DNA of 64,000 nucleotides, from positions 1 to 64,000 of the forward strand of contig JABLTG010000021.1 of assembly GCA_016618085.1 (NCBI GenBank), read 5' to 3'. Below the pieces are notes generated by a model. It worked only from the letters and a program-made list of their open reading frames with translations, searched no databases and was not told where the DNA came from. The first letter of the stretch is position 1. Each line of letters starts with the position of its first letter. This DNA is from Neovahlkampfia damariscottae (Eukaryota). Shown here piece by piece: positions 22,023 to 34,778 of this stretch. The position numbers and the translations under genes are program-made.

Positions 22023-23957
22023 ATGTCAAGTGAATATCAAGGCGCTATTGGGATCGATTTAGGTACAACTTATAGTTGTGTTGGAGTTTGGCAAAACGAT
22101 TCAGTTCAAATTATTCCTAATGATCAAGGAAATAGAATTACACCTTCATATGTTGCATTTAATGATGAAGAAAGATTAGTTGGTGATGCAGCAAAAAATC
22201 AAGTTGCAATGAACCCAAAAAATACAATTTTTGATGCAAAAAGATTAATTGGCAGAAAATTTGATGATCCAGTTGTTCAAGCAGATATGAAACATTGGCC
22301 ATTCAAAGTTATTAAAGGAGAAGGAAACAAACCACTGATCAATGTTACATACAAAGGAGAATCAAAAACATTCCAACCAGAAGAAATTTCTGCAATGGTT
22401 CTTGGTGAAATGAAGAAGATGGCTGAAAACTATTTAGGAAAAACTGTAAAAAAAGCTGTTATTACATGTCCAGCTTATTTCAATGATTCACAACGTCAAG
22501 CTACAAAAGACGCTGGTAGAATTGCTGGTTTAGAAGTTCTCAGAATTATTAATGAACCAACTGCTTCAGCTATTGCTTATGGTTTGAATAAAGACAGACA
22601 ATCAGATACAAACGTACTCATTTATGATTTAGGTGGTGGTACTTTTGATGTATCAATTTTAACAATCACACCAGAAGGTGTTTTTGAAGTTAAAGGAACT
22701 GGTGGTAATACACATCTTGGGGGAGAAGATTTTGATAATAGATTAGTTGATTACTTCAAACAAGAATTCAAACAAAAATACAAACAAGATATTTCAACAA
22801 ATGCTAGAGCTTTAAGAAGACTTAGAACTGCTTGTGAAAATGCAAAAAGAAATCTTTCATCACAAGCAAAAGCTACCATCACAATTGATTCATTATTTGA
22901 AGGTATTGATTTCAACACTTCAATCACAAAAGCTAAGTTTGAACAATTGAATATGGACTTTTTTAGAGAATCAATTTCACACGTTCAAAAAACTTTAGAA
23001 TCATCAAAAATTGACAAATCAGCTATTCATGAAGTTGTTTTAGTTGGTGGATCATCAAGAATTCCAAAAGTTCAAGAGTTATTATCAGACTACTTCAATG
23101 GAAAGAAATTAAACAGATCAATCAATGTAGATGAAGCTGTAGCATATGGTGCAGCGGTTCAAGCAGCTGTTTTAACAGGAAAACAAAAGGATGTTTTAAT
23201 TTTAGATGTTGCTCCATTATCATTAGGAATTGAAACTGCTGGAGGTGTTATGACAAAATTGATTGAAAGAAATACGACAATTCCATGTAAAAAATCACAA
23301 GTGTTTTCAACATATCAAGACAATCAACCAGGAGTTTTGATTCAAGTATTTGAAGGAGAAAGATCAATGACAAAAGATAATCATTTACTTGGAACATTTG
23401 AATTATCAGGAATCCCACCAATGCCAAGAGGTCAACCAAAGATTGAAGTTACATTTGAAGTTGATGCTAATGGTATCATGAATGTTTCAGCTAAAGAAGA
23501 AACTGGAGGAAAATCAAATAAAATCACAATTAAAAATGAAAAGGGTAGACTTTCAGAAGAAGATATTAAAGAAATGTTGAAAAAAGCTGAAGAAATGAAA
23601 AAATATGATGAAGAAGTTCTAGGAAAAGTTACAGCAAAAAATGCACTTGAATCATATTTATTTGCAATTAAAAATGCAGTATCAGATCCAAAATTAGAAG
23701 GAAAAATTGATTCAGGTGATAAATCTGCTATTGAATCAGCTGCTGATGATGCATTAAAATGGATGAATGAAAACCCTGAAGCAACAAAAGAAGAATATGA
23801 AAAAAAACAAAAAGAAGTTGAAGGAATTGCAATGCCAATCTTACAAAAATTGCAAGGAGGTATGCCCCAAGGTGGAATGCCAAGTGGTGGAATGCCACAA
23901 CAAACTCAAGATCAACCAGATTCATCAATGAAGTTTGAAGACTTAGATGTTGATTAA
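22023..23957 (+). CDS. HSP70: Cytosolic-type Hsp70
   Basis: [34 protein letters not shown] repeats; intronless; ends FEDLDVD. Confidence 0.98.
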   Translation: MSSEYQGAIGIDLGTTYSCVGVWQNDSVQIIPNDQGNRITPSYVAFNDEERLVGDAAKNQVAMNPKNTIFDAKRLIGRKFDDPVVQADMKHWPFKVIKGEGNKPLINVTYKGESKTFQPEEISAMVLGEMKKMAENYLGKTVKKAVITCPAYFNDSQRQATKDAGRIAGLEVLRIINEPTASAIAYGLNKDRQSDTNVLIYDLGGGTFDVSILTITPEGVFEVKGTGGNTHLGGEDFDNRLVDYFKQEFKQKYKQDISTNARALRRLRTACENAKRNLSSQAKATITIDSLFEGIDFNTSITKAKFEQLNMDFFRESISHVQKTLESSKIDKSAIHEVVLVGGSSRIPKVQELLSDYFNGKKLNRSINVDEAVAYGAAVQAAVLTGKQKDVLILDVAPLSLGIETAGGVMTKLIERNTTIPCKKSQVFSTYQDNQPGVLIQVFEGERSMTKDNHLLGTFELSGIPPMPRGQPKIEVTFEVDANGIMNVSAKEETGGKSNKITIKNEKGRLSEEDIKEMLKKAEEMKKYDEEVLGKVTAKNALESYLFAIKNAVSDPKLEGKIDSGDKSAIESAADDALKWMNENPEATKEEYEKKQKEVEGIAMPILQKLQGGMPQGGMPSGGMPQQTQDQPDSSMKFEDLDVD

Positions 23958-24035
23958 ATCATTCATTTGTAATAAATTTTTGTAAAAAATAATTAAACTT
24001 TTTTGTAATCTTTTTTCCTCCAATAATTCATCTTC

Positions 24036-25078
24036 ATGCTGAAAAAATTTTGTAAACAAACCATGAAGATTATTGACGGAAAAAAAATTTCAGAAGACAT
24101 TAAATTGGAAGTTAAAGGAGGTGTATCAATGTTAAAAGAAAAAACTGGACACGTACCTGGTCTTGCTACTGTTTTAGTAGGAGAAAGAAAAGACTCAGCA
24201 ACTTATGTGAGAATGAAAAAAAAAGCAGCACTCGAAGTTGGAATTGAATCCATAGCCAAAAGCTATCCTGCAGATATTTCTCAAGAAGATTTATTAAAAG
24301 CGATTAAAGAATTAAATGAAGATCCAAAAGTAAAAAAAAAAAGTTTATTTAAAAATTCACATTTCAAGGTTCATGGAATTCTTGTTCAACTTCCACTTCC
24401 AAAACATATCAATGAAGAAATTGTACTTTCAGAAGTATCATTACATAAAGATGTTGATGGTTTTCATCCGTTAAATATGGGTAAATAACTTGTGTTAATT
24501 TTTAATTCGAAAAAGGAAAATTATGCATGAAAAATAGAGAACCTGAATTTATACCATGTAATTCTTTTTTTTAAATTAATACTTTACAGGTACTCCTAAA
24601 GGTATCATGGAATTGTTAGATCGTAATAATATTGAAATTTCTGGTAAAAATGCGATTGTTCTTGGTAGAAGTAATATTGTTGGTATACCAATTGCTATGT
24701 TATTACTTCATAGAAATGCAACAGTTCAAATATGTAAAGATTATATTTTTTTAACTTGACAAAGGTCATACAAAAACTGAAGATGTTGAATCTAAAGTTA
24801 AAGAAGCAGATATTTTAATCGCTTGTTGTGGTGTTGCTGAATATGTTAAAGGTTCGTGGATAAAAAAAGATGCTGTTGTCATTGATGTGGGAATGAATGC
24901 AGTTGATGACAAATCAAAAAAATCTGGATACAGATTAGTTGGTGATGTAAATTTTGAAGAAGTTTCAAAAATTGCATCTTATGTATCACCAGTTCCTGGT
25001 GGTGTTGGTCCTATGACAATTGCATCTTTACTTTCAAATTGTCTTGTTGCAGCAACTCATCAATTGAAAGAAAAATGA
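24036..25078 (+). CDS. folD: Bifunctional methylenetetrahydrofolate dehydrogenase/cyclohydrolase (FolD)
   Basis: IIDGK, YVRMK, VHGILVQLPLP, KDVDGFHP, PCTPKG, GRSNIVG, SPVPGGVGPMTIA; 4 introns. Confidence 0.96.
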
Positions 25079-25413
25079 ATTTTTATTTACAAATGAATCC
25101 AATTTGAGCTGTTTGGACATTTTAAATACTTGAGATCTTTTTCAGTATTTTCTAGTTGAACAAAAGGTCTTTTTTCTTCAACTTGAACAACTTCAAGTAA
25201 AAATTCTAAAAATAACTGGCAAAATTAAAACTAATTGGCCACTTTTATCACAATAACCATCAATTCATTGGCCGTTGAAAAACCACTTCCTTTTTTTTGA
25301 GTCAACGAATTTATTCAGTTGAAAAAAAATTATTTCATTGGTTCAAATGTTCATTTTTGGGTTTTCATTGGTCCATTTCATAAACGTTAACAAACGTAAA
25401 AAGATTTTAGAGA

Positions 25414-27262
25414 ATGGTTTGTGGATCAGGAGTACCAAATATTATTTTGATAATTGTACTTGCAGCATCACCGATTGCAGCTTTGATACTCAGTGTAATT
25501 TGTTTAATCGTTTTCCAAAGTAAAAAATAAAAAAAAATTAAACGGATTAAGGTCCATCCGATTCAAGTTCTCCTACAAATGACTTGACAACAAGAATTTA
25601 TAATATAGCTTGTTCAACAATTTTATCACGTGTGGTCTTTGTACTTTTCTATTTTTTTTTTTTTTAACAAATAATTTTTTCATTAGGTTTTAACTTTGTC
25701 CATGGTTATATTACTACCACTGATGCTTCCGTTTGATTCTGCAAATGTTACAATGGCTGGTTGTTTAGATCTTGCTCTTCCAATTATTTGGCAAGTTATT
25801 TTTACATTTGTTGCTTTTTGGATCGTTTTTGTTATTCCATTTTCAATTTCATTTTATGAAGCACAAAGAACATATGATGCATGTTGGAAAGGGTAACTTT
25901 TTATTTTAACTTTTTAACAATTTCAAGTTTTTTGAGACAATGTTTATGTGGACTTGGATTTACAGTTCCAGTTGTTATTGTTTTTGTAATTATAACTGGT
26001 GCTTCATATTACTTTCTTGGAATTGCTGAAATTAATTTAATTTCATATTCAAGTGAAACACATTATACATCTCTTCAATTAGCGACTGCTAATGTAGCTA
26101 CATGTACAAATGTAAGTCTATTTTTTATTTTAAAAATCAAAAAAGTGTTCTATTGCAGATACAAATGTTTTAATTAGAATGAGTATTTTCGTTTATATTA
26201 TTGCTCTTCTTTGTATTGTTGGATGGTTAGTATTTCTTGTTTTTGGAGGAATGGGTATTACATCTTTACCAATCAATTTTATTGCTCATGCATTCATGAC
26301 TAGAATTAGACCTATCAGTTTAGAAACGTAAAAAAAAAAAAAAAAAAAATTGACAATAATTTTCTAATAGAAAAGAAGAATGTGATAGAATTATGTTAGC
26401 TTGGTCAAGTAATATTATTAATAGAGGACAAAAATTAAATGAGGAAATGAAAAGAGCATTTCCAACATTTAAAACAAGAGCAGCGTATAGAGAATTTGTT
26501 GAAGAATATGATCAATTACAAGATGATTATAAAGTAGTTAGAAAACAATTTAGTGTTAAACCAACTTCATTTTGTATAATTCCAGCATATCTTGCAATCG
26601 CAATTTTTTCGTAAGATAAATTTATTTTTTTTTATAATTTTAATAGATGGATAATGTTTGCTGTTTGGTGTATTCATATTATTTTAGATATGATTACAGA
26701 TCCACCAATTTATCCATTTTTAAATAATTTTTTGGATTTATTAAATCAAATATTTCCAATGGTATCATGGGGATTTTATTCATTTATGGCTTATTATTTA
26801 TTGATTGTTACATTTTATGGATTTTATCGTACAACATCAAATATTCCATTTTTCAACTTTTATCCAATGGGAATTCGTTCAACAATGGCAAATGGATTAT
26901 TAGTAAATTCAGGAATTCTTTTAGTAGCAACAGTTGCAATTTGTCAATTTCTTTCAAATGCATTTTCAAGTTATATTAGATATTCAGCAATTGATTCAAT
27001 GTTTAATACATATATAGGAAATATGATTTATCTTAAATACTTTTTCAAATATGTTCATTATGTATTTCTTGGTTTTATGGTTATTGGATTCTTTCTTGCT
27101 GGAATTGAATTAGTTTATCGACTCTTCCTAAAAAAACCACTTTATTCTTTAATTAGAAATATCTTCTTCAAAGAAGAAGTTGTAAAAGAAAATTTCCACG
27201 GAAAATTAATGGAAGCAATGAAAAAAAATTCAGGTTGGGGAAATGGTAAAAAAGATGAATAA
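25414..27262 (+). CDS. LMBR1-like multi-pass membrane protein
   Basis: MLPFDSAN, VIPFSISFYEA, FGGMGIYSLP-like segment, PPIYPFLN, FYPMGIRSTMANGLLVN; several short introns. Confidence 0.82.
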
Positions 27263-27340
27263 AAATAAATTTTAAATTTTTTTTTGAACTGGAAGGAATA
27301 AAGTTGTAATTTGATTGGTAAAAATCTAATCAAATCAAAA

Positions 27341-28920
27341 ATGAGTTTAGTTGTCTCTGGTTTTAAATCATCTCCAATCTTTTCTGAAATTCAAGAAGGT
27401 ATAAAAGGAAATGAAGAAGAAATTATAAAAGAATTTAATTCTGTTTTACAATTTGATTTGAAAGACTCAACTGGAAAATTAGAAAGTTGGACTTTAGATT
27501 TTAAAAAAGCATCAGTTTATAAAGGAAAAGCTAAAGATTCAGCTGATTGTACTTTGATTTTATCTGACGAAGTTTTTTTTTTTTTTTTTTTAAATTTTCG
27601 GTATAAAAGAACTGTTTTGGTCTTATGAATGGAACAATTGATGGAACTGAATTATTTTTTGATGGTGAACTTAAAATCAAAGGTGATATGTCATTAGCTA
27701 TGAAATTAAGTTCATTAAAAGACCATAGATCAAAATCAAAAACATTGAACACCTCATCAACACCTTCTGCTAGTGCTCCATCAACAAATGTTAAAGTTGA
27801 TGGATTCAAAAGTTCAGAAATATTTCAACAAATTGCTGATGCAGTTTTGAAAAATCCAGAAGTAGGAAAAGACTTTGGAGGAGTTTTAGAATTCGCACTT
27901 ACAAATAAAGATGGTAAAAAAGAATCATGGACTTTAATTCCATCACCACCAAGTATGAAAGTTGGAAAAGCTGAAAATGCAGATGCTGTAATTATTATGA
28001 AAGATGAAGATTGTGTTGCAATTATGACAGGAAAAACAGACGCAACTGAATTATTCTTTGATGGTGCACTTAAAATTAAAGGTGATATGTCATTAGCAAT
28101 GAAATTAAGTTCATTAAAAGATACTGCTTTAAAACCAAATCCTACAAGTGCTCAAAGTATCATTGTTCCTGGATTTAAATCATCAAATATTTTTGCTGAA
28201 ATTGAAGCAGGTATCAAAGAAAATCCACAAGTTTTAAAAGAATTTGATGCTGTCTATGAATTTGCTCTCTCAAGTGAAAAAGGAAAACAATCATTCACAG
28301 TTGATTTAAAAACTGGAAAAGTAACAGTTGGAAAAACAGGAAATCCTGATTGTACTCTTATTATGACAGATAATGATTGTTTTGATATTATGTCAGGTGG
28401 AAAAGATGCAACTGAATTATTCTTTGATGGTGCACTTAAAATTAAAGGTGATATGTCATTAGCAATGAAATTAAGTTCATTAAAAGATTATAGATCAAAA
28501 TCAAAAGTTATTGCTCCTTCATCAACACCTGTATCAACTTCTGAAGAATCAGGTAATTCTGTTTCAATTGCTGGTTTCAAATCATCTGCTGTTTTTGATG
28601 AAATTCAAAAAGGTTTAAAAGAAACTCCAAGTTTAGTGAAAGAATTTGAAGTTATTTATGAATTTAAATTAACAAATTCATCTGGAAAAACACAATCATG
28701 GACTGTTGATTTAAAAGATGGAAAAGTTATGGCAAATGCGCCTTCTTCACAAGCTGATTGTCAAATAATTATGACAGATGAAGATTGTTTTGCAATTATG
28801 ACAGGAAAAGCTGATGCAACTGAATTATTCTTTGATGGTGCACTTAAAGTTAAAGGTGATATGTCATTAGCAATGAAATTAAGCACTTTAAAAGAAAAAG
28901 GAATTAAATCAAAATTATAA
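27341..28920 (+). CDS. Peroxisomal protein of four tandem SCP2 sterol-carrier domains
   Basis: Four copies of GFKSS..F..I...W/FTxDLK..ADC.LIM.D.D...G..DATELFFDGALKIKGDMSLAMKL; C-terminal SKL (PTS1); one intron ~27572-27609. Confidence 0.93.
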
Positions 28921-28921
28921 A

Positions 28922-29616
28922 TTAAATAATTTGGTTTATTGATCTTTTTTTGAAAAAATTTTGACAACGTTTCAAGACATTATCTGTAACTTGTTTTGAA
29001 ATTTCCTGTGTTTTGGTTTTTAAAAAATTATTGATATCTTCATATTTTACAAAGAGGTTATAATCCAAAGCTTGAAGAACTGTTTTTTCGGTTTCAATGA
29101 AATCATCAAAATCAATATTTAATTCTCCGAGGTTCAGTTTATCATAAAAATCTCCGGAGGTGACCACATGGTCTTCATACATTTTTTGGCTGAGCATAAT
29201 ACAATTGAGAAAAGTTAAGCGAAATTCATCAAATGAAAAATTATTTTGACTGTTCAAAACTTTTTGAAATAAAAAAATTCCTGTAATGGTTGTCATAGGG
29301 TCTATAACTCCAGCACTGAAAATTTTGACAGCTAATCTACGAAAAACTCTTAACTCTTGTGCAGTTTTATGTTCACCACAAGCCATTTTTGATGAGTTTG
29401 ACTGGTACAAATTGGATGACACTTCACTTATCCATTGTGAAATAATATTATACTGTACAAAAGCTATTGCTGTCTCTTCATTTTGTTTAAGCGTTTCAAT
29501 GGACAAGCGTGGTTCATTTGACACAATCTCTAATATCCAAGGACTATTTAGTTGTTAGAGTGATACCTTTATTACCATTTGGAGCCTAGAGATTTGTGTG
29601 CTTTGTATTCAATCAT
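28922..29616 (-). CDS. Cyclin-box protein (cyclin Y/PHO80-like)
   Basis: LTFLNCIMLSQKMYEDH, ETEKTVLQALDYNLFV; short first exon plus intron. Confidence 0.8.
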
Positions 29617-29871
29617 CAGAAAAAATTTTAGTGTCGGTTGTGAAGTTTGAAAAAAAATTGCCTAATGATTGGTGAATTATTGCACAGAAATACTCCAATT
29701 CTGGAAAGTAAACGGATAAAAACCAAATTTAGTGACAGACATAGATCAAATGAGGAAATGTGAAATTCCCGATTCAACAAATTTCCAATTTTGTTAAGAA
29801 AATTAGAAACTTCGATTGCGAGAAGATTTCATCATTTTTGAGTTGTTCATACATCTACAGAGTTTGAGATG

Positions 29872-30451
29872 TTAATTTAATTTATTTTCATGTTTTTTGA
29901 TAAATTCTTGAATTTGATTTTCTTCCATTCTGTAAGTGATCCATTCATTCAGTTCACTTGAAAATGTATTATAAAAATCTCTTGCTGGTTTGTTCCAGTC
30001 AATTGCTTGCCATTGCATTCTTGATAACACATTTTAAAAATTCAAATTTCCTTTTACCTTTTGCATTTATTTTCTGAAGCAATTTTTGATAAATGAGCTA
30101 ATAATGTAGTTCCAATTGATTTACCTCTGTACTCTGGTTGAACATATAAATCCTCTAAATACAAACCTTTTAAAAGTAAATGAGAATTTTTTAGTGTTTA
30201 CATTTGCCTTTCCAAGTGCTGTAAGAAAAAAAATAGAAAGAAAATCCAATAACTTTTTCTTTAAATTCTACTAAGAGACAATGAAAATAAGTTGGTTTGT
30301 CTGGGTTAAATCCGTCATTTAAAAGATCTTCTTCTGTTATTGTAACTTCTTCAGGTGCTTTTTCATATTCAGCAAGTTCTTTTGTTAATTTCATGATATG
30401 AGGAATATCTTCTTTCACAGCTTTTCTCACTTTAAATTCCATCTTGCTCAT
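29872..30451 (-). CDS. GNAT diamine/polyamine N-acetyltransferase (SAT-like)
   Basis: IMKLTKELAEYEK, FFSYSTWKGK|GLYLEDLYVQPEYRGK, RMQWQAIDWNKPARDFY; 2 introns. Confidence 0.9.
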
Positions 30452-30896
30452 GATTCAAATTTTTTTTGTCGTTTGTTGAACCAATAAAAAGTTTTGATTC
30501 AATTTGGTTTTTTTTGAAATAATAATTATTTATTTTAATATATTTTTTAAAAAAATTCCTGAATTTCCAACATATAGCCCAACTGTTTTTGAATTTTTAT
30601 TTGAAAAACTTTGAACTGAATTTTGAGTTATTTTATAATTTTTTTGTCGATTATTCGGTTTCATATGTTTTACAATCATATTCATTCTTCTTTTTGCTGT
30701 TTCGTTCATCAACTTTTTCTCATGTAACATCCAAGGCAAAGCAGTTTAATTTTGAAAACACCAATCAAAAAAAGGAAAAGATCAATTATTTTTAAAAAGT
30801 TACAAAACGAATAATCTGATGTCACTATAGAATTTTTATTCAAAAATTTCTTGTATTAGAAAAACTAACCAATAAGATTTTTTTGGTTTGATTTTG

Positions 30897-31441
30897 ATGA
30901 GCTGGTGTTTGTTGATAATCATTGGAATTTTCATTTCTCGAATAATTTCAACAATATGGTATAATCATATTGAAAAAGTAAAAAAAAATTCAAAACTCAA
31001 TAGTTATCAAGTTACTTTATCCAGAATATATAAAACAACAACAAGAACTTGCATTTCTTTCAAAAGAAGTCAAAAAATATAATTCAATTGATTTATTTAC
31101 AACAAAATCAAAAATTGAAAGACAAATGATAAAAAGAGAACAATTTTTAAGTGAAGAAAATTCAAAAACATCTCATAAATTGAAATTCTTCTTGAAGATA
31201 ATATTTTATGTTGTTTTGAGGGTAGAAAATGATTTTTTTATTTTATTTTTTATAGTTTGGATTTTCAATTTTTTGTTTGTATTATTTATGGTTCTCTGAA
31301 ATTTTTCATTTTGATTCAAGTTGGTGTTTAAAATTAATTTCAAATTCTTCATGTTTGAAAAAAGGATATAATATTGGGATATTTAATTATCTATTATTTG
31401 CTCATGTTTTTGTCAGTTTTTTGCCATCACACATTTTTTAA
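30897..31441 (+). CDS. GET1/WRB-like tail-anchored-protein insertase subunit
   Basis: N-terminal TM, coiled coil ELAFLSKEVKKYNSIDLFTTKSKIERQMIKRE, two further TM segments; 2 introns. Confidence 0.6.
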
Positions 31442-31625
31442 ATTAAATTAAATTTATTTTTAAAAAAAATAACTCTCAAAGTTTGAAATAAAAATTAATA
31501 TTGAAAGATCTGACATTCTTATATCTTTTGGGATGTCAAAAAATCTATTTTTTGGTTTTATAGTTCACACTAAAGAGAGGAAGTAGAAAAGAAAATCCCA
31601 AAATTCGAAGGTTCAGATAAAAAAT

Positions 31626-31850
31626 TTATTTCAAAGCTAAAATCAATTGAATTGTTTCACCTGCTTTAACACCACATTCTTCTGGTGTTTTGTCGTCTGG
31701 TAAAATTTTTCCTTTGTAAACTAATCTTTGTTGGTCTGGTGTCAACGCAACTTTTTGTTGAACTTTTTTTTTTAAAGCTTCAATTTTATCAGTATCTTCC
31801 ATGTTGAAATGGTACATGGTTCCACTCATTGTCTTTACTGTAATTTTCAT
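31626..31850 (-). CDS. Stand-alone ubiquitin/NEDD8-like protein lacking C-terminal GG
   Basis: MKITVKTMSG..IEALKKKV..PDQQRLVYKGKILPDDKT..IQLILALK*. Confidence 0.85.
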   Translation of the reverse strand: MKITVKTMSGTMYHFNMEDTDKIEALKKKVQQKVALTPDQQRLVYKGKILPDDKTPEECGVKAGETIQLILALK

Positions 31851-32023
31851 TTTAAGTTTTGTAGGTTTTGTTTGATTGGATAAAGGAACAAATCGAATTT
31901 ATTGGTCCTGGAAATTCTAAAAATAAATAGAAATAATTATTTTCGTGTAAAAAATCAAAGAAACGATATTCTGTAGTTCTTATAAAATCTAAAATATGAT
32001 TGGATTAAAATATTCTTAGAAAG

Positions 32024-34672
32024 ATGCAATTGCCTCAGTCAGTGCTTGATGATTCTTTGACGAGTGAACAAATAATGCAATCAAGTGGTTTGTCACAATT
32101 CCATATGACAGATGAAGAACTTGAAAAATCAGTAATTGGAAAACTCCACATTGTTGCTGTAGAAGGAAGAAATTTAGCCATAAAAGATATAACTGGTAGT
32201 TCTGATCCATACATAATTTTCAAAACCAGTAGTAATTTATTAAAAACTACCACTATATACAAAAATCTAAACCCAATTTGGAACGAACAATTCAACGTTG
32301 AAGTTCATGAATTATCAGAAGAACTTGAAGTTTGCGTTATGGATGAAGATTTATTTAAATATGATGATTTTATGGGGAAATTTTCAGTTTCAATAAAAGA
32401 ATTAAAATCTGGAAAAGAAATGGATCAATGGTATAAACTTTATCCAAGAAAATGGAACGAAAAAGTATCAGGAGAAATAAGGTTAAGATTAACTTTTGAA
32501 TCATTTGAAGAAGAAAGAGAAAATAAAAAAATGATACATTTAAAAGATATTTTAAATGATAGTTTTTCAGTTCAATACTTTCATGATTTTCTTGTAAAAG
32601 AATGTAGGTAAGAAAAAAAAGAAAATGAATTAAAAAAAAAAAAAAGTGAAGAAAATTTATTATTTCATGAATCTGTTGAAGAATTTAAAAAAAAAATAAC
32701 TAGTTTTAATGGTATTTTAGTTGAAAAGGATTACAATACTTTATATGATACTGCTTTTGGAATTTTTGAAACTTTTTTAAAACCAAATGGAAATTTTGAA
32801 ATTAATATTGAATTTTATATCAAAGAAGAGTATATAAAGATATTTGAAAATAAAATTGAAACTGTTGCTGAAATGAAAAAATTTTCAAATTTAAAATTCT
32901 TTGATAACGCTCAAATACGTACAATTTCTATTATGGAATTGACATTTCCAAAGTAATTTATAAAAAAATGATCATTTATTTTTAGTTTTTTAAAATCTGA
33001 AGAGTACGAAAGTCTTTTAGAGAAAATTTTATGGACTCAAAAATTTCAATATTTTCAACCTTTAAGTAGAACAGAATCACTTTCAAGATTAATACATACA
33101 TTTACAGAACAAGATTTAAATTTAATGGAAACATTAATTAAAAAGAAGAAAAAAGGAACTCTATCTTTTAAAAAACCAATTTTATATGCTCAAGCAATAA
33201 CAGATTCACCAAAAGAAGAAGAACAAGAAGGTCAAGATTTAGATGATGACGATGATAGTTTAGAATTCAAAAAAGGAGATGTTCTAAAAATTATTAGAAT
33301 GGATCATCTAACAGGTTATTGGTTATGCGAATTTAAAAATAGAATTGGTTATGTACCAAATATTTTATTAACAACAAATATAAAACAAAATGAATCATCA
33401 ACTTCAATTACATCTACTGATTTTGATAATAAATTATTCAGAGCGAAATCATATTTGAAATCTTTCAGTTCAGCTGATCGTCAAAGTTTTCAAAATTTTT
33501 TTCAAGAACAAAAAACATCTTCTGGAAAAATTATTAGAGCTGGTAATTTACCAAAAACATTACAAGATTCTTATTTTATGATTGAAGATGAAGGTGATCA
33601 AGCTACAAGTTTAAATGTTCATCCTTCTGAATTTGATTTTTTCAAATCAAAAAATGCTTCAAAATCAATGAAAGAAGTCAATACACATAATGGTGGATTT
33701 GTTTTGACAAAAGAAGAAGAGGATTTTATAAAGAAACAAAGAGAAGAAAAAATGTCAAGAATTTCAAAAATTAAATCATCACAAGCAATTTCATTAAGTT
33801 CAAAAGTAAAATCAATTAAAGAAGATGTGATGAAAAAAGATAGAAAATTTCAACCTATTGTTCCAACAATTGTTGAAATGCAAATGCAACATCCAAAAGA
33901 AAAAGTTGAAAATGACAAATTAAAAATACAAGAAGAAAATGTTGAACAGAAAGAAGTTGAACTAAAAATGAATGAAAAATCAATAATTGAAGAGAAATCA
34001 AAAGTTCAAGAAAAACCAAATGTTGAAGAGAAATCTTTAGGTCTGGATTTTGACCAATCAAAGATTGAGACAAATAATCAAATTGATGAACAAGAATCAA
34101 AAGAAAATCCAAATGTAAAGAAATCAATTGAATCACCAAAAGAATCACCAACAAAAAATGAAGGGAAAAAGAAAACAGAAATTGGTTTAGGAAAATTAAA
34201 AGAAATTAGAAAAAAACAAATTAATCAAAAAAATGAAGAAATAAAAAAAGAATCAAAAAAGAAAGCATTTTCAATTAATCTTGACAAAATGTCAGCAGAA
34301 GATGAATCAATTTTGTCACCTTCAAGAGTAAATTCAAGTTTTAATTTAAAATTGAATGATTCACCAAAAAAGAATGATATTGAAAGAATATCAAAAAGAG
34401 CATCAAAATCAGCATTGAATATTCATAGTTCAAGAAGTGATGGACATTTACATTTTGAAGATGAACCACAAATCATACAAGGAAGACAATCAGCAAGAGA
34501 AAGAAAACAATCACAAGTTCATAAATTGATATCAACTTTTGAAAGATTTAGTAAAAAGAAAGAAGAACAACCACGAAGAAAATCAGATTTTTTTGGACAC
34601 AAATATGAAGAAAAAAATAATGGTGAAATTATTTCGAATTCATCTTTGCTGAGTTTTTCAAATTTAAAATAA
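32024..34672 (+). CDS. C2 + RGS + SH3 domain signalling protein
   Basis: C2 (GRNLAIKDITGSSDPY..NLNPIWNEQF..DDFMGK), RGS (LKDILND..YFHDFLVKEC|SEENLLF..EINIE..FPKFLKSEEY), SH3 (LEFKKGDVLKII..YWLCEFKNRIGYVP), long charged tail; 2 introns. Confidence 0.88.
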
Positions 34673-34709
34673 AAATATTTGTAAATTATTCTTTTCAAAA
34701 AGTTTTCAT

Positions 34710-34770
34710 TAACACTCCTTCATAATTAGTCACAAAAAATAATAAAGTGACTAATTATGCAGGAGTCTTA
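34710..34770. repeat. Inverted repeat (24-bp arms, 13-nt loop), possible mini-transposon remnant
   Basis: taacACTCCTTCATAATTAGTCAC-aaaaaataataaa-GTGACTAATTATGCAGGAGTctta; 22/24 arm match. Confidence 0.85.
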
Positions 34771-34778
34771 TTTTTTAT

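Noticed and set aside
25080..25330. Coding-like - strand text (EVVQVEEKRPFVQLENTEKDLKYLKC)
   Set aside because: No consistent start or splice path and no recognisable family; possibly debris but unsupported.
2730..28900. CRISPR-like repeat-spacer arrays in the LRR and SCP2 genes
   Set aside because: The repeats are in-frame protein domain duplications in a eukaryote, with no cas genes.
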